In this document: positions 1 through 13,631 of the stretch, one piece after another
How the letters are laid out: every line of letters begins with the position of its first letter
Numbering within the stretch: position 1 is the first letter of the stretch
Assembly (NCBI GenBank): GCA_030295235.1
Contig: AP026140.1
Location: 310,001 to 374,000, forward strand
Direction: 5' to 3'
DNA from: Fistulifera solaris
Taxonomy: Eukaryota
DNA length: 64,000 nucleotides
Translations under genes and position numbers: made by a program
The notes under the pieces: generated by a model
What the model was told of the DNA's origin: nothing
What the model saw: the letters and a program-made list of their open reading frames with translations, nothing else
The model's database searches: none

Positions 1-19
1 TCCAAAAACATATACGTAC

Positions 20-1332
20 CGGGCTTCAGGTCTCTGTAAATAATGTCGAGACTGTGCACGTAACTGATCGCGAGAATGATTTCGGCTGCATAAAAACATG
101 CGCGAGGCTCTGGAAACTTTCCTATCTTTCCTAAATGAAAGAAAAGTTCACCGCCGGCACAATAATCCAGAACAAAGTAGAGCTTATCTTTCGACTGAAA
201 AGCCATGTTCATACCAACGATGAAAGGGTGGCGCACATACCCAAGAACACTACGCTCTGTCTTTGTATGCTCGACCTGATTTCGCTTAATGATGTTGTCT
301 TTTCTTAACACTTTCAGAGCATAGATCTGTCCGGTCATGTTTTCTTTGACGAGAAAAACCTTACCTGTAATAAGTCGACAAAGAAACGTGAGAACGATTT
401 GATTTGCGGTCTCACGAAGCGCTGCATCAGGACTTACCGAAAGATCCTTTACCGATCACCTTAATTAACTTGAAGGAATCTAGCCGCGGGGCAGACTGTA
501 TAGGTTTAGAGTTGAAAGCATTGTTACTGCTAAAAGCATTCTCGGACTGGGCTCGCTCGATAGCACCGCCAATGCCTCCAGATGCGCCCTTGATTGCGAT
601 TCCTCCCATTTTAAGCCCTTGTGGTACCTGAGCGTTCTGGTTTACATCATGCGTTCTGTGTTTGATTTCAGCCTGCAATTGTAACGATCTTCCTAAATGA
701 GACGCCCCAAGACTTTGCGCCAAGGATCCGATATCTTCCACCATTTCAACTTCGCCAGCGAGATCCATAAGCTCCATTTCTTCGGCATTTGTTATCGCTT
801 CATCCGTAGGTTTGTAACGTTCCAAGGCAGAGGGAATATAATCACCTTCATCAAAGTTGTCATCGTCTGCTACATCACCGTCGTCACCGGCCATGAACAT
901 ATCATCCATTTCCATGTCATCTAGATTGGTAGTTCCTCCACCCGCATGCGCGCCATTGGGAGAAACCCGCTGTGGAGGAGCTGGATTGAATTGCGTCCAA
1001 GCGACTCCTTCGTATTGCGGCGGAATCATATTTGCCCCTTGGCTGAGAAAATTGCGCGCTTCGATGGATTCTTGTACTCCTGGATACATTAGGATATTAG
1101 TCAGCCATTCCTGCAATTCATTTCTTGCCAACATCAGTGCATTTAGATCGTATCCAGGAGATAAGGAAGGAGGGCACGGCGGAAGGGATGGCAAGAATCG
1201 TGATAACGTTTCACCCAGAACTCGTAACTCGTCATGAGATCGAAAGACAGTCCATGATTGAACGGGCTGATTGACCGTAATAGCACAAACGAGCCCTCCT
1301 CCCAGAGTCGTTGGGGCGCACCCAACAATCAT
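20..1332 (-). CDS. AGC-family Ser/Thr kinase with N-terminal PX-like domain (SGK/Akt/S6K-like); 3' part lies beyond the left edge of the window
   Basis: Exon 1332-438, intron 437-365 (GTAAG..CAG), exon 364-20, then another donor at 19. Spliced product reads IGKGSFGKVFLV..YALKVLRK..HTKTERSVL..HPFIV..LYFVLDYCAGGELFFHL..IIYRDLKP. The N-terminus WTVFRSHDEL..LPPCP..RNELQEWL..ARNFL resembles a PX domain. Confidence 0.9.
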
Positions 1333-2573
1333 GACGGCGAATTGGGCTTGTTGTGAAGAGTCGGTCTGGTGGAAAAGTAGAAAGGATGATACTATGGTGA
1401 GAAAAGTGGATCACGATGTTTCCAAGGTGACAACTGTATGGCGTCCTCTGAAGAAAGCACCCAAAACAGAAAGAACGTTTTTCACGCGTAGAAAGGTTTT
1501 CGACTGAAGAATTCAAATGCAAGCGTGCGACGTTGATTCTCATTAGTTTCAAAGGGCGGGCACCGCTGCGTTTGAAAAGCCATAAACGAAAACCCAACTT
1601 TTCTTTCTTCACGACGAGTCTTTTTTTTCTTTCGTTTTCTCACCTGTATCTTCCCCGGCGAAGCCATGCTTTCACTCTATTGACTACTCAAGAAAGAAAG
1701 ACCGATATATTTAGTCGGATAAGATGTATAACAACTACAACAACGAGTCATGTGTCTGGTGTTAATAATGAGCTAACTCCATCACGAATCCTTCTGATTT
1801 TCTCCTCCGCGCCGCCAACGAAAATTCGAGAAAGAGCCAGGATGCGGAGGGAGAGTGAGCAGAAAGCCGAGGTTCGGATCTACTTTTTCACGCCACGAAA
1901 GCCGAATGTCCAGCTCATTGTACAACATTCACGAGCGCTTGTACTTAAAAGCTTATTTTGAAAATCCAGGCACTGCGCAGATTGTAGGCCCAACTTTAAA
2001 TACGTCTTTTTTTCTATGAGGTATCATGTACGTGATGCCTTCTCTTCGTACTTCGTAGCTTAGAGCTGTACCATCAAAAACATAAAAAGTAAAAAGTAGA
2101 ACGTCACATTGAAGATCGATTTATTTAGTACTTACTTTCTATTCTTTGCGAAATTTCATTGGTTTCCGCTTTTGAAATTTTTAGGTCTATCCGAGGAAAA
2201 TTTTTGCACAACGTAAAACGTCAGTCAGGAAGGTGAAAGTCGCACCGTGTTTCACATAGAGAAGCAGCGTTTTGGGATCGAAAACCTGAAACCTTACTTG
2301 AGGCGGAACGCAGAAATAGATCCATGTTGTTGTCATCGCTTTTTCTCGTTCGCCGCAAGAAAACTATTCGTTGCATTGCAAAAGAACGAGAAAACTATTG
2401 TTTCGATTGATCAATCACGTTCCGCTTTGATTCAAAGTAAGTACGATTTTGAATAAGCAGCAATCAACGTCGCGTTCATCGACGTTCTCTGAAACAAAAA
2501 GGCGTGCTGTTGTATTTGCGTGCGGTATATTTTTTCAAACTCGTTCTGATTCTCTTATTTTCAGCTCGAAAGG

Positions 2574-2792
2574 ATGGAGGCACTTCCTCCCAATGATCCG
2601 AACGACCCGAACCGTCGCCGCTTATCTCGTGAGAAAGAAATTCCTTATTCGTCGGGGCAGCGGCGAAGTGAACAGCGAAATGCAGACGGCACGATGGACG
2701 TCTTGGGCAATCTGCAGGATTCACCTATTGTCGTAGCAATGTTTTTAATTGGTGTTGCTAGCTGGTTCTTGCGAACTCGTTGCGTGTGCTGA
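2574..2792 (+). CDS. Putative small tail-anchored membrane protein (72 aa)
   Basis: ATG-initiated ORF with a polar N-terminus and one C-terminal hydrophobic helix (PIVVAMFLIGVASWFL), followed by AT-rich 3' sequence. No family recognised. Confidence 0.4.
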   Translation: MEALPPNDPNDPNRRRLSREKEIPYSSGQRRSEQRNADGTMDVLGNLQDSPIVVAMFLIGVASWFLRTRCVC

Positions 2793-3071
2793 GTGCACAC
2801 AAATTTATTTGCAGGTTCTCAGTAATCAGGAAGTAAATAAATCCACCAGGACTTTGCAGAGAACTCATTTCATTTTTCATGTATACATAGTTTTTCGTTA
2901 ACATTTGTTGTTGTCTCCCTAAACGTAGGGTGTAATCGTAAGCCCTTCGCGGCATGTATTTCTAACTTAAACAAACACGGTGCAAAAGCGGTTCTCTAGC
3001 AAGTGATAAAGAAGATTGTAATGTATGTATTGACAAAACCACTAAAACATTATTTAATCACTCCTTACGGA

Positions 3072-5341
3072 TTAGTTTTTCTCGGGTGTCACCATTGCGG
3101 GCATTGTTAACATTGTGTCCGTTGAGTCGGACTTGAGAACTTCGATACTTTCATCGTGGTACATTTCACCAGAATTCACCGCGTCAGATGTACCCGATGC
3201 TCCGGTCATAAAAGAAAGCTTCGGTCGCCTGGCTATGATTTCTTCCTCTTCTTCGTAAGTAGTCATGGATCTACCAAGAGAGAACGTGTTGGCGTGCATA
3301 AAGTTGCCGGATCTCATAACATGAGGCCGAGAAACAAGGATGGGTTCCGGTTTGTCAACAATATTACGAGGAGGAGAGTGATGAATGATCAGAGGCGACG
3401 ATGTGGGAGAAGGCGTTGACGCCGATCTTGGTATCATGTAGGGACTTCGGGGCGGCCTGGCACGGAATTTGTCATGACGAACGCATTGGCTTATGGCAGG
3501 ACTAGAAGACTTGTGCTTTCGCTCAATCGAGGCTTTCGCTGCCTCAAACAACAAGTTTCCCATCTCAGCGGGAGAATCTTCTCGTTCTTCACCTTCTTTT
3601 CCCGTGGCCCGGGTAGAGGAACTTTCTACTGTTTCCCGAAGAGAAACTAGTTCCGGGAGCCGTTCGAGATATGACACAATTGTTGGGGGCGGTCCTTCTT
3701 GCGACGAGATGGAAGCTGTCGTATGAGTGCCCGTTGTGCCTTCCGAAGTAGACGCGGATGTCGTCGTTCCGCTTTGTGTGCGGGTCATGCCACTGACCTG
3801 TGATCGAACAAAAGCAGTAATAATCTGCCCTGTTGATAGCGCCGTCTCCGTGAAAAAACGATCCAAGGGAACGTTGGCCCCATCGCGGAGAATTGGACTA
3901 TTTTCGACCGGTAAATAACAGTGTGTTGCTGTACTTCCAGTGGAGGAAGAATGGACACTCGCCAGATCACTCTCGTTTTTAGTGTGCGCACCAATCGTAC
4001 CGGTGACTCTTCTTCTTCTGGCTTCCTTGTTGGTTTCCATCACTTCGCGGTCGGTTTCTGAAATTGTCGACAGGCCGGATGCAGCGATGCTAGAACCGAT
4101 CGAGGCGGCCTGCGTTGCGTGACCCGAGCTCGAACCCGACGACCGGGCCGTCCCCGGTGACTCCGTTTCGCTAACATCTCCTGCTGCCATGCGCGTTGGA
4201 CTCGGACTGGGGAGTGTCTCCAGCTTTTGTCCGCCGAAGAGTATTTGATGCGAAGCGAATGTTCGTACTGCGTTTGCTCTTGTTGATTTTCCGCCTGATC
4301 TTCTACCACTTGCGGGCGAATGGGTGACGAGTTTGGGCTTTCCGACTGTAACTGGGCTTCAATGCGCTGATACGGTTCCTCTTCATTGTTTGCGACTTCC
4401 GTATCCTGGACTGGAGGACTATACATATCTTCGGGAGCCACTAGCATAGATTTGTAGTCAGGCTCCGTTATAACAGTAATAGACGTGTCGGGTGCCGCGA
4501 GAGATTCGGCCTTGGCATCCCCACCGGCCTTTTCTTTCGAGTTTTGTCCTTTCTTGCCCTTGCCACCGAATCGTCGTCGGCGACTCAACACACGCACATC
4601 TTCCAAGAAGCGAGCTGCCCGAAAAGCCGCTCCGCGTCTTTGCGGAGTGCTGGCTTGTGCGGGTCCTTTGTCGGGCGTCATGTCCATGACTTCAATGGAC
4701 GTACGCTCCATATCTTCCAGCTGGCATGCGTAATACTTGACGGGGTCAAAAGCGGATCTTCGGGGATGCGTCACCGAAGAGGTATAGTTGACACGCTGTG
4801 ACGGTAAGGTAAAGGCACTTCGTCCTTCCGTTCCAATAGAAGTGCACATGCTATTTTGACGAAAGGAGGACGGCGTCGAACTCGACCTTTGCATAGGGTC
4901 CAGCGGAATGGGCGGGGGCATGATATTGGATTCTTCCTGATCCATTTCTTGATCAAAGACCTTTGGTCGCCATTGAAGAGGCGACGAGCGGATATGTCGC
5001 AATTCAGGTTGCATCAAGTGTTGTGTGAAAGAGGATGGACCGTCGGTAAGCAGATTTAGATCTCCTTCTCCACACAGCTGCAAATCTTGAAGCATCTGGA
5101 TAGGCTGATCTTTGGCATCATTTATGTAGTTCTCCCATCCTTGAACGAGTCTCGATAAGGCTTCCGATCCAGTGTTCGCTCCGGGGACGAAGTTGCTCAT
5201 TACCGTCATATCTACACCGAGCGCAGCTGATACAGCCTGCAGTGGTTGAGGATATACAAGTGCCGTAGAGATCAATTCTTCGGCATCTGTTTCTTGTTGC
5301 GAAGCCGATTCGGCAGACGATCTTTCCAGAGGATCGGTCAT
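3072..5341 (-). CDS. Ser/Pro/Thr-rich, probably disordered hypothetical protein (~755 aa); one apparent frameshift
   Basis: ORFs 4040..5341 and 3072..4190 join into one frame if one base is added to the run at 4225-4228 (..SSADKKLETLPSPSPTRMAAG..). Confidence 0.65.
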
Positions 5342-6041
5342 TCTTATTAATAAGATAATCTGCAGTGAGAAAAGAATGGATCGACTTCATGAGACATTTT
5401 CAATCGAACAGAAACAAGACAGTCAAGAGTCCTGGGAATGTTCTCAACGAAGATCAACTGATCAGTGAACTCGATCAACCATCTCGTGGACGCACCTTCG
5501 ACCCCTTCGACAGCAATTTCTATTCATTCACACCTTTCGTTCTCTTTTCACAGCAATGCAGATCGCTCGTTTTCGAATTACAATTCCAATGCAAGCCTAT
5601 CAACTAATCAACACGTTCCTCGTTGTTGGCTATCGGAAATGCCAACGCCGCGATATCTCCCACCCATGGATCGCCGCTTGTCTAAGTAAAGCATTTTTTC
5701 GGGTATAATATGAGATTTATATACAGCTTTGTATCGTAGCTGACAAATTTTCATTTCCGTTGATATTCTTTGCGGCACTGCTATTGACTAAGTAGTGCAG
5801 CGCATACTAGCGCGCAATTGGATAGAGCGGTTACTTCAACTGAAAAGGGCGCGGCTTTTTTCCTCCCTCCACACGTCCCATCGTCGACCGTTGCCTTTGC
5901 TGCGGTTTCGTCGTCGTCCGCAAGAAGAAAAAATGTTTTCCGCTTTTCGCGTCCTGCTTTACTTACAAAGCAACTCGAAGTCCATCTTCTCAACTATAAC
6001 ACTTGTTGTTACTATTTTTCTTTTATCGAAAGTCAATCAGA

Positions 6042-8338
<2,297 letters not shown>

Positions 8339-8475
8339 ATTATATCGCGTATTACCTTGAAAATGTAATCCGATGAGGAAGAAACAATTAGTATTGAATT
8401 TACTAGATTCCAATACATTTATTATGGATGGTATATATCTTGTTCGGAGGATTCAACGCTTCTGTAAAAGCGTTT

Positions 8476-9606
8476 TCATCTTTGGGTCTTGCTTGCGGGC
8501 ATTTGTCGGGGTGCCATGCTCGGAACTTGCATGACCTTTCCACCCGCCGTGCGTCCTACTATCTTCCGTTTCTTGGTAGCAGAAGCAAAAGCTACAGCAT
8601 CGCCAAACGAAGATCCGTTCCGTTTACTGGAACTTTGTACCAGTCGTTGATGCGATTGCACGGCTTCTTGGCGTATCTTGGAGAATTTACTCACCGGAGC
8701 CACCGTGGAAGTTCCCTTGGCCACTGTTGAAGGTCGTTCCAGTATACTGTTTTGCTTGGCCGTGGCGGGTCGAACTTTGACTACTTTGGGTCGGTCCAAC
8801 GCTAATTTTTCTCGGGCTTCTCTCATCTTCTTGCCTTGACAGGTTCGCAAATTATCTTGTCGCTCCTTGAGTGCAGCAAACAGTTGTCTCCAACTCCAAC
8901 ACTTTTCCGCCAGTTCCATATCCTTCAACAACGCTTCATCCTCTGGAGATTGTTGACTCTGTGCATCCGACGCGAGCGCCTTCCACGACTGCAGCGTCTC
9001 TTCCAACACCTCGATATCACTCGCTGGAATTGTTTTATCCTCTTTGTAACGTTTCACCAATTTGCGCAACATCTTTCCCACTCCTGTCGCTTGTAAAAGC
9101 GCCACATTCATGGGCGATTCTTGTAACAACAGAATCACTAAACTGCGGGCATTCTCATCGTCATCTTCGAGCGTTGCCATGTACGTTTGGATTGTTTTCA
9201 CCAATTCCGGCCACGGCATCCGCAAGGCCCGCGGACGACTCATACCACCTCTCCGAAAGCGAAATTCGACACAATCCTTCCATACCAACCGATCGACGAC
9301 GGAACTTTCCGCCAAGTGTCGATTGTGTGCTTCAATTTGTGACAGAATCTTTTCCGACAAAGCCGGCGCTTGTCGTCCACTCCCATCCAAACCACCCGAT
9401 CCCGATCGTGGTTGCGTCTTTTGGTGTCTTAATTGAACCAAACAATCCCATTCTTCCGGATCACACAAACCAAAGACTTCGGGAGGATATTTTTCCAAGT
9501 GCGCCACCAGAACGGATCGACACAAATCGACGAGGGATGTTTCGTAGTGATCGCGTCGTTGTGCGGTAGTGTGCTGCTGTTGTTGCGGCGGACGTGCGGA
9601 TTGCAT
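8476..9606 (-). CDS. TFIIS N-terminal (LW)-domain protein, Elongin A-like
   Basis: ATG at 9606 (MQSARPP..). The LQESPMNVALLQATGVGKMLRKL motif is typical of TFIIS-N/Med26 domains. SLVDLCRSVL resembles a BC-box. Basic C-terminus. Confidence 0.65.
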   Translation of the reverse strand: MQSARPPQQQQHTTAQRRDHYETSLVDLCRSVLVAHLEKYPPEVFGLCDPEEWDCLVQLRHQKTQPRSGSGGLDGSGRQAPALSEKILSQIEAHNRHLAESSVVDRLVWKDCVEFRFRRGGMSRPRALRMPWPELVKTIQTYMATLEDDDENARSLVILLLQESPMNVALLQATGVGKMLRKLVKRYKEDKTIPASDIEVLEETLQSWKALASDAQSQQSPEDEALLKDMELAEKCWSWRQLFAALKERQDNLRTCQGKKMREAREKLALDRPKVVKVRPATAKQNSILERPSTVAKGTSTVAPVSKFSKIRQEAVQSHQRLVQSSSKRNGSSFGDAVAFASATKKRKIVGRTAGGKVMQVPSMAPRQMPASKTQR

Positions 9607-10067
9607 TTTTGTCTTATTTATTGATAATATGAAGGGAAATGTATTGTATAACATTCGAATTAGAAGGAATAAAAGCAAGGAATAAAAACGACACGACAGA
9701 ATGCGCGTGATGTGAACCTGCTCAAAAAAACGCACAGAAGAAAAAGAAATCGCGCTCCGCTTATTTCCTTGCGGTCGAATGACAAGCGAACGAATTATTT
9801 TAGTATCATCATTACTGTTCGTTATAACGGAAGGTGAGTTACTGTACTGTGGTCGTTGTGTATCATGACCGTTAACGCTATAGCTTACCGAGTACCGCTA
9901 GGTCAACGTTTATGGCTCCTCGAGCCAAAAAAGCAGCGACGAGCGTCGAGCCAAGGTGACCATGGCTTATAGTGTTTGAAAGCGCAGTAGAGCAAAACAC
10001 TCTTTTCTTCTCGCTTCAACAATCGAATTACTGGAAATTATAACAAGTACAGAATCAACATAACACG

Positions 10068-11081
10068 ATGACAACTGCAGAACCGAGAAATCCCGTTCCC
10101 GTCGACGCGACGCCCGGACCCATTTACATCGACACGCAGCACGAGGACATGGTCCACGACGCGCAGATGGATTATTACGGCTCCAAATTAGCCACCTGTT
10201 CCTCCGATCGCACCATCAAGATCTACAACGTCAGTGAGAATGCGTACGAACTATCGGCGACGATTCAGGGAGGACACGAAGGACCGGTGTGGCAAGTCAG
10301 TTGGGCGCATCCGAAATTTGGCGTCTTGCTCGCGAGTTGTTCGTTTGACGGAAGCGTCTTGTTGCATCGGGAAGTGCGTCCCCGCGAATGGACCGTCATT
10401 CACGCAGCGCGTCATTTGCACGAAAGTTCCGTCAATGGCGTGGCGTTTGCGCCGCACGAACACGGATTGCTGGTCGCCGCCGCCAGTTCCGATGGACGCG
10501 TCTCGGTCTTGCAACATGAAGCCGCCAACAACACGTGGGGTGTTCATTATTTAGCAGATTGTCCGTTGGGAGTCAATGCGGTGAGTTGGGCGCCTTGGGG
10601 TGCCTTCTATCAAGCGGATCAAGTCGAAGCGCCGCGTCTCGTGACGGCCGGTTGCGACAATCAAATTCGCTTCTGGATTTACAAGGAGGGACAGTGGACG
10701 ACGGATTCGTCCATTGTGTTGGATGTTTCGGAAGTCGCACACAAAGACTGGGTGCGAGATGTGGCGTGGTCACCGGTCTTGCTACCCAACCATAATATGG
10801 TGGCCAGTTGTTCGGAAGATGGATCCGTCATTGTGTGGACGCAAGTCCCACCCGCCAATGTGGATGGTGATGATACTATCCAGGAAAGTGTCTCCCAATG
10901 GAAGCCAACGCTGCTTCACAAGTATGATACTCCGGTGTGGAGGGTCAGTTGGAGTCTTACAGGTCATTTGTTGGCGGTTAGTGCCGGGGATTCCGATGTT
11001 ACTCTATGGAAGGCTGGATTGGATGGGGCATGGTCGCAAGTCAGTACTGTGGATGCTCAACCGACTTCACAAGGACAATAA
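10068..11081 (+). CDS. SEC13: Protein transport protein Sec13 (COPII/nucleoporin, WD40)
   Basis: HEDMVHDAQMDYYGSKLATCSSDRTIKI, GHEGPVWQVSWAHPKFG, HKDWVRDVAW and VWRVSWSLTG match the Sec13 consensus. Confidence 0.97.
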   Translation: MTTAEPRNPVPVDATPGPIYIDTQHEDMVHDAQMDYYGSKLATCSSDRTIKIYNVSENAYELSATIQGGHEGPVWQVSWAHPKFGVLLASCSFDGSVLLHREVRPREWTVIHAARHLHESSVNGVAFAPHEHGLLVAAASSDGRVSVLQHEAANNTWGVHYLADCPLGVNAVSWAPWGAFYQADQVEAPRLVTAGCDNQIRFWIYKEGQWTTDSSIVLDVSEVAHKDWVRDVAWSPVLLPNHNMVASCSEDGSVIVWTQVPPANVDGDDTIQESVSQWKPTLLHKYDTPVWRVSWSLTGHLLAVSAGDSDVTLWKAGLDGAWSQVSTVDAQPTSQGQ

Positions 11082-11204
11082 GAGCTTTTAGAATAAGTCT
11101 AGTAGGCAGTCCTTTTGATATCGTATTCGAAAATTAGAGAATTTTAACTAATATACCCCCGAATATAAAAACAACATAATCGACACATGTGTACAAACGC
11201 ATTT

Positions 11205-13008
11205 TCAAAAGGAACCAGTTTGATGGAGCTGATCACGGCTTTCTTCAGCCCGGGATGACGTCGTGCTACTGGGTCGCAGAATCATCGGAGTGAAGGAATC
11301 CAGTATTGATGAAGTCGCTACCGGTGAGGGCTTGGAACGCACCGAACTCAACCCAGTGTGGCTACTCATCCGCAGTCGGCCCGAGTATGCGGGTCTGTAA
11401 TTATTATTGTAAGAGTGCGCATGATTCGAAGAGGAATGGCCATAACCGTGGTTTTGGTGTGTCCCTACGGAAGGCTGATAATGGTCTTCAAGATAGTCGT
11501 GAGGATGTCTCGTTTGATTTCCAAGAAGCAAGCCCATATGCCCGCTCATTCCCGTGCGAAAGTTGATACCGCCTGAGGACCCGCCTCGGGCTATTTGACC
11601 CTGTCGTTCTCTCCATGCTTGAGCACCAGCGCGCATAGCGCTGGGTGACGGATGTGATATAGAAGGGAGGAGAGCACCGAGGGTAGCCTGATGAGGCATA
11701 AAGTCTAACAAGGAAGATGTTGGCATATCGGGTAGAACAGCACGGTCACTCGCGTAGTTATCACCATCGTCACCATCCCCGAAGAGTCGACCCGCAAAGC
11801 ATGAGAGTCTTGCATTCTGGAAAGGTGGTGTTGGTGGTCGCTGTTGAAGCTGGGCCTTTTCGATAGCGATGTCATCTCGTTCTGCCGTTGTGTCTCGACT
11901 TCGCACCTCTCCGTACGCTGCGGTTGGTGTAACGTCTACCTCTGAAGCGTCATCCAGAGCGTTGCTCGAGAATGCGGCGGCTACAATGACAGTCAAATCT
12001 TCATCATGTTCCATTGAGGCTTGCAGACTGTTCAGCATTCGAATAAACTGATTGTCGATATCACTTTGTTCAAGGCGCAGCTCTTTCTTTCTTTTCGAGA
12101 GATTTCTCAGTATCGCTTCCAATTTGCATGCGCGATCAAGCGAGTTCCCGACTAAAGAAGAACGAGTGTTAGACAGTGTCGACATGGTGGGAGTTTAGAA
12201 TATGAACTTCGATCTCACCTTTCACCAGTTGTTGCCGATCCGCTTTCACATAACCATATCCCCTGGCTAGTTTTGCCCATCCCGCGTCGACTGACACAAT
12301 CTGCACCCGATCGCCGTAACTTAATCTTGCAGGACTGTCTACACCGGCAGAACCCTCTTTACTATCTGAAATCCGAAGAAGAGTGTCAATATCTTCGTCA
12401 GCTAGAGAAACGGATTGTTCTTGCATTGCCGGTCGCTCCGGATAGATATCAAGTCCCTCTTTCTCGGCTACTGCATACGTCCCCGCCACTCCTACAGCGA
12501 GTGATGTACCCATCTTTATCTTTTCTTCCTCGTCATCCTCGTCATCATCATCAATCATGGACCCCATGTTACGAATTTCTTCCACAGCCACAGCCGCCGA
12601 CTTGTGCTCCGAATGTTCTCTCGGTGAGTCTGAATACTTCCCCCAGTCATCATGTGAGGAAGAAAGGGCTGTCACTTCCACGAGGGATAATAAAACGACA
12701 TTTTTCGGAAGGGGCAATCGTTTTTTCACTTTGCGAATTTGCGGATCACGGTTCTCCGCGGATCTCTGACGCCCGGAATTCGCCCAGCTAGATCTCGAAG
12801 GAGCTGTTGGAGAATGAGGTGCATTATTATCCGCGGGTGCATAATAATAGAGCGGCGTCCGACATTCCATGCACTTTTCGAGTCGCTGCGCGCATTGACA
12901 GCAAACATAGGTATGCCCGCAGGGCAAGACGACCGGATATCGATCTTCGAGCGTAAACTCTTCGTAGCAAACGAAGCAATGAAACGAAAACGGAGAATTT
13001 TGTGCCAT
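11205..13008 (-). CDS. RING-finger protein with SH3b-like domain and coiled coil
   Basis: Exon 13008-12219, intron 12218-12152 (GTGAG..TAG), exon 12151-11205. RING: CFVC..PVVLPCGHTYVCCQC..CMECR. LSYGDRVQIVSVDAGWAKL..YGYV resembles bacterial-type SH3. Heptad segment LEAILRNLSKRKKELRLEQ. Confidence 0.8.
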
Positions 13009-13631
13009 TTTCCTTTCAAGCAAAAGTATTCAGCAACAGCGGAAATGATTCTTCTTCTTCCCAGACTGCTTTTTGGTTGTGCAACAGATGTTCGGGTGAT
13101 CACATGCAGCCAAACTTTGGCAAGACACGATCTTTGTCAGAAAGGGCGGGCTCGCATCGCTGTTTCCGTTCCGAACTCTGCAACGTCGATTCAAACTGAA
13201 AAAACAATAGTAGAAAATGTGGATATCTCCAAGTGTGTAGTAACAAACGTTTTAAAATTAGGCGCCTAACTGCTAAATAACCAGCATGAGCCGTATTTGT
13301 GGCAACGCTTCATCATTGTTCAAAGAGACTATAAAGGCCATACAAGTTTAACTATACTGACTTACAATGTACTATGTCCTCAAAAACTATGGACTATGGA
13401 GGAGGAAACTTCAAACTAACTTCAAAGTGCGGAAGCCGTGGCGCGTCGTCTTATCTCAAAGTCTACAAAATCGGACATCATAAATCAAAAAGTCGGGCTG
13501 AACTAGCTAACGTCAGCGTGCTTTCTCTACTCTTCACAGAACTCGTACGGAGTATGCTTGATTACAAAGTATTTAGTTATTAGGCTGTCGTTGCTGGACA
13601 AAGTTGCGAGTCAAAGGATGCCGAGATTCAT

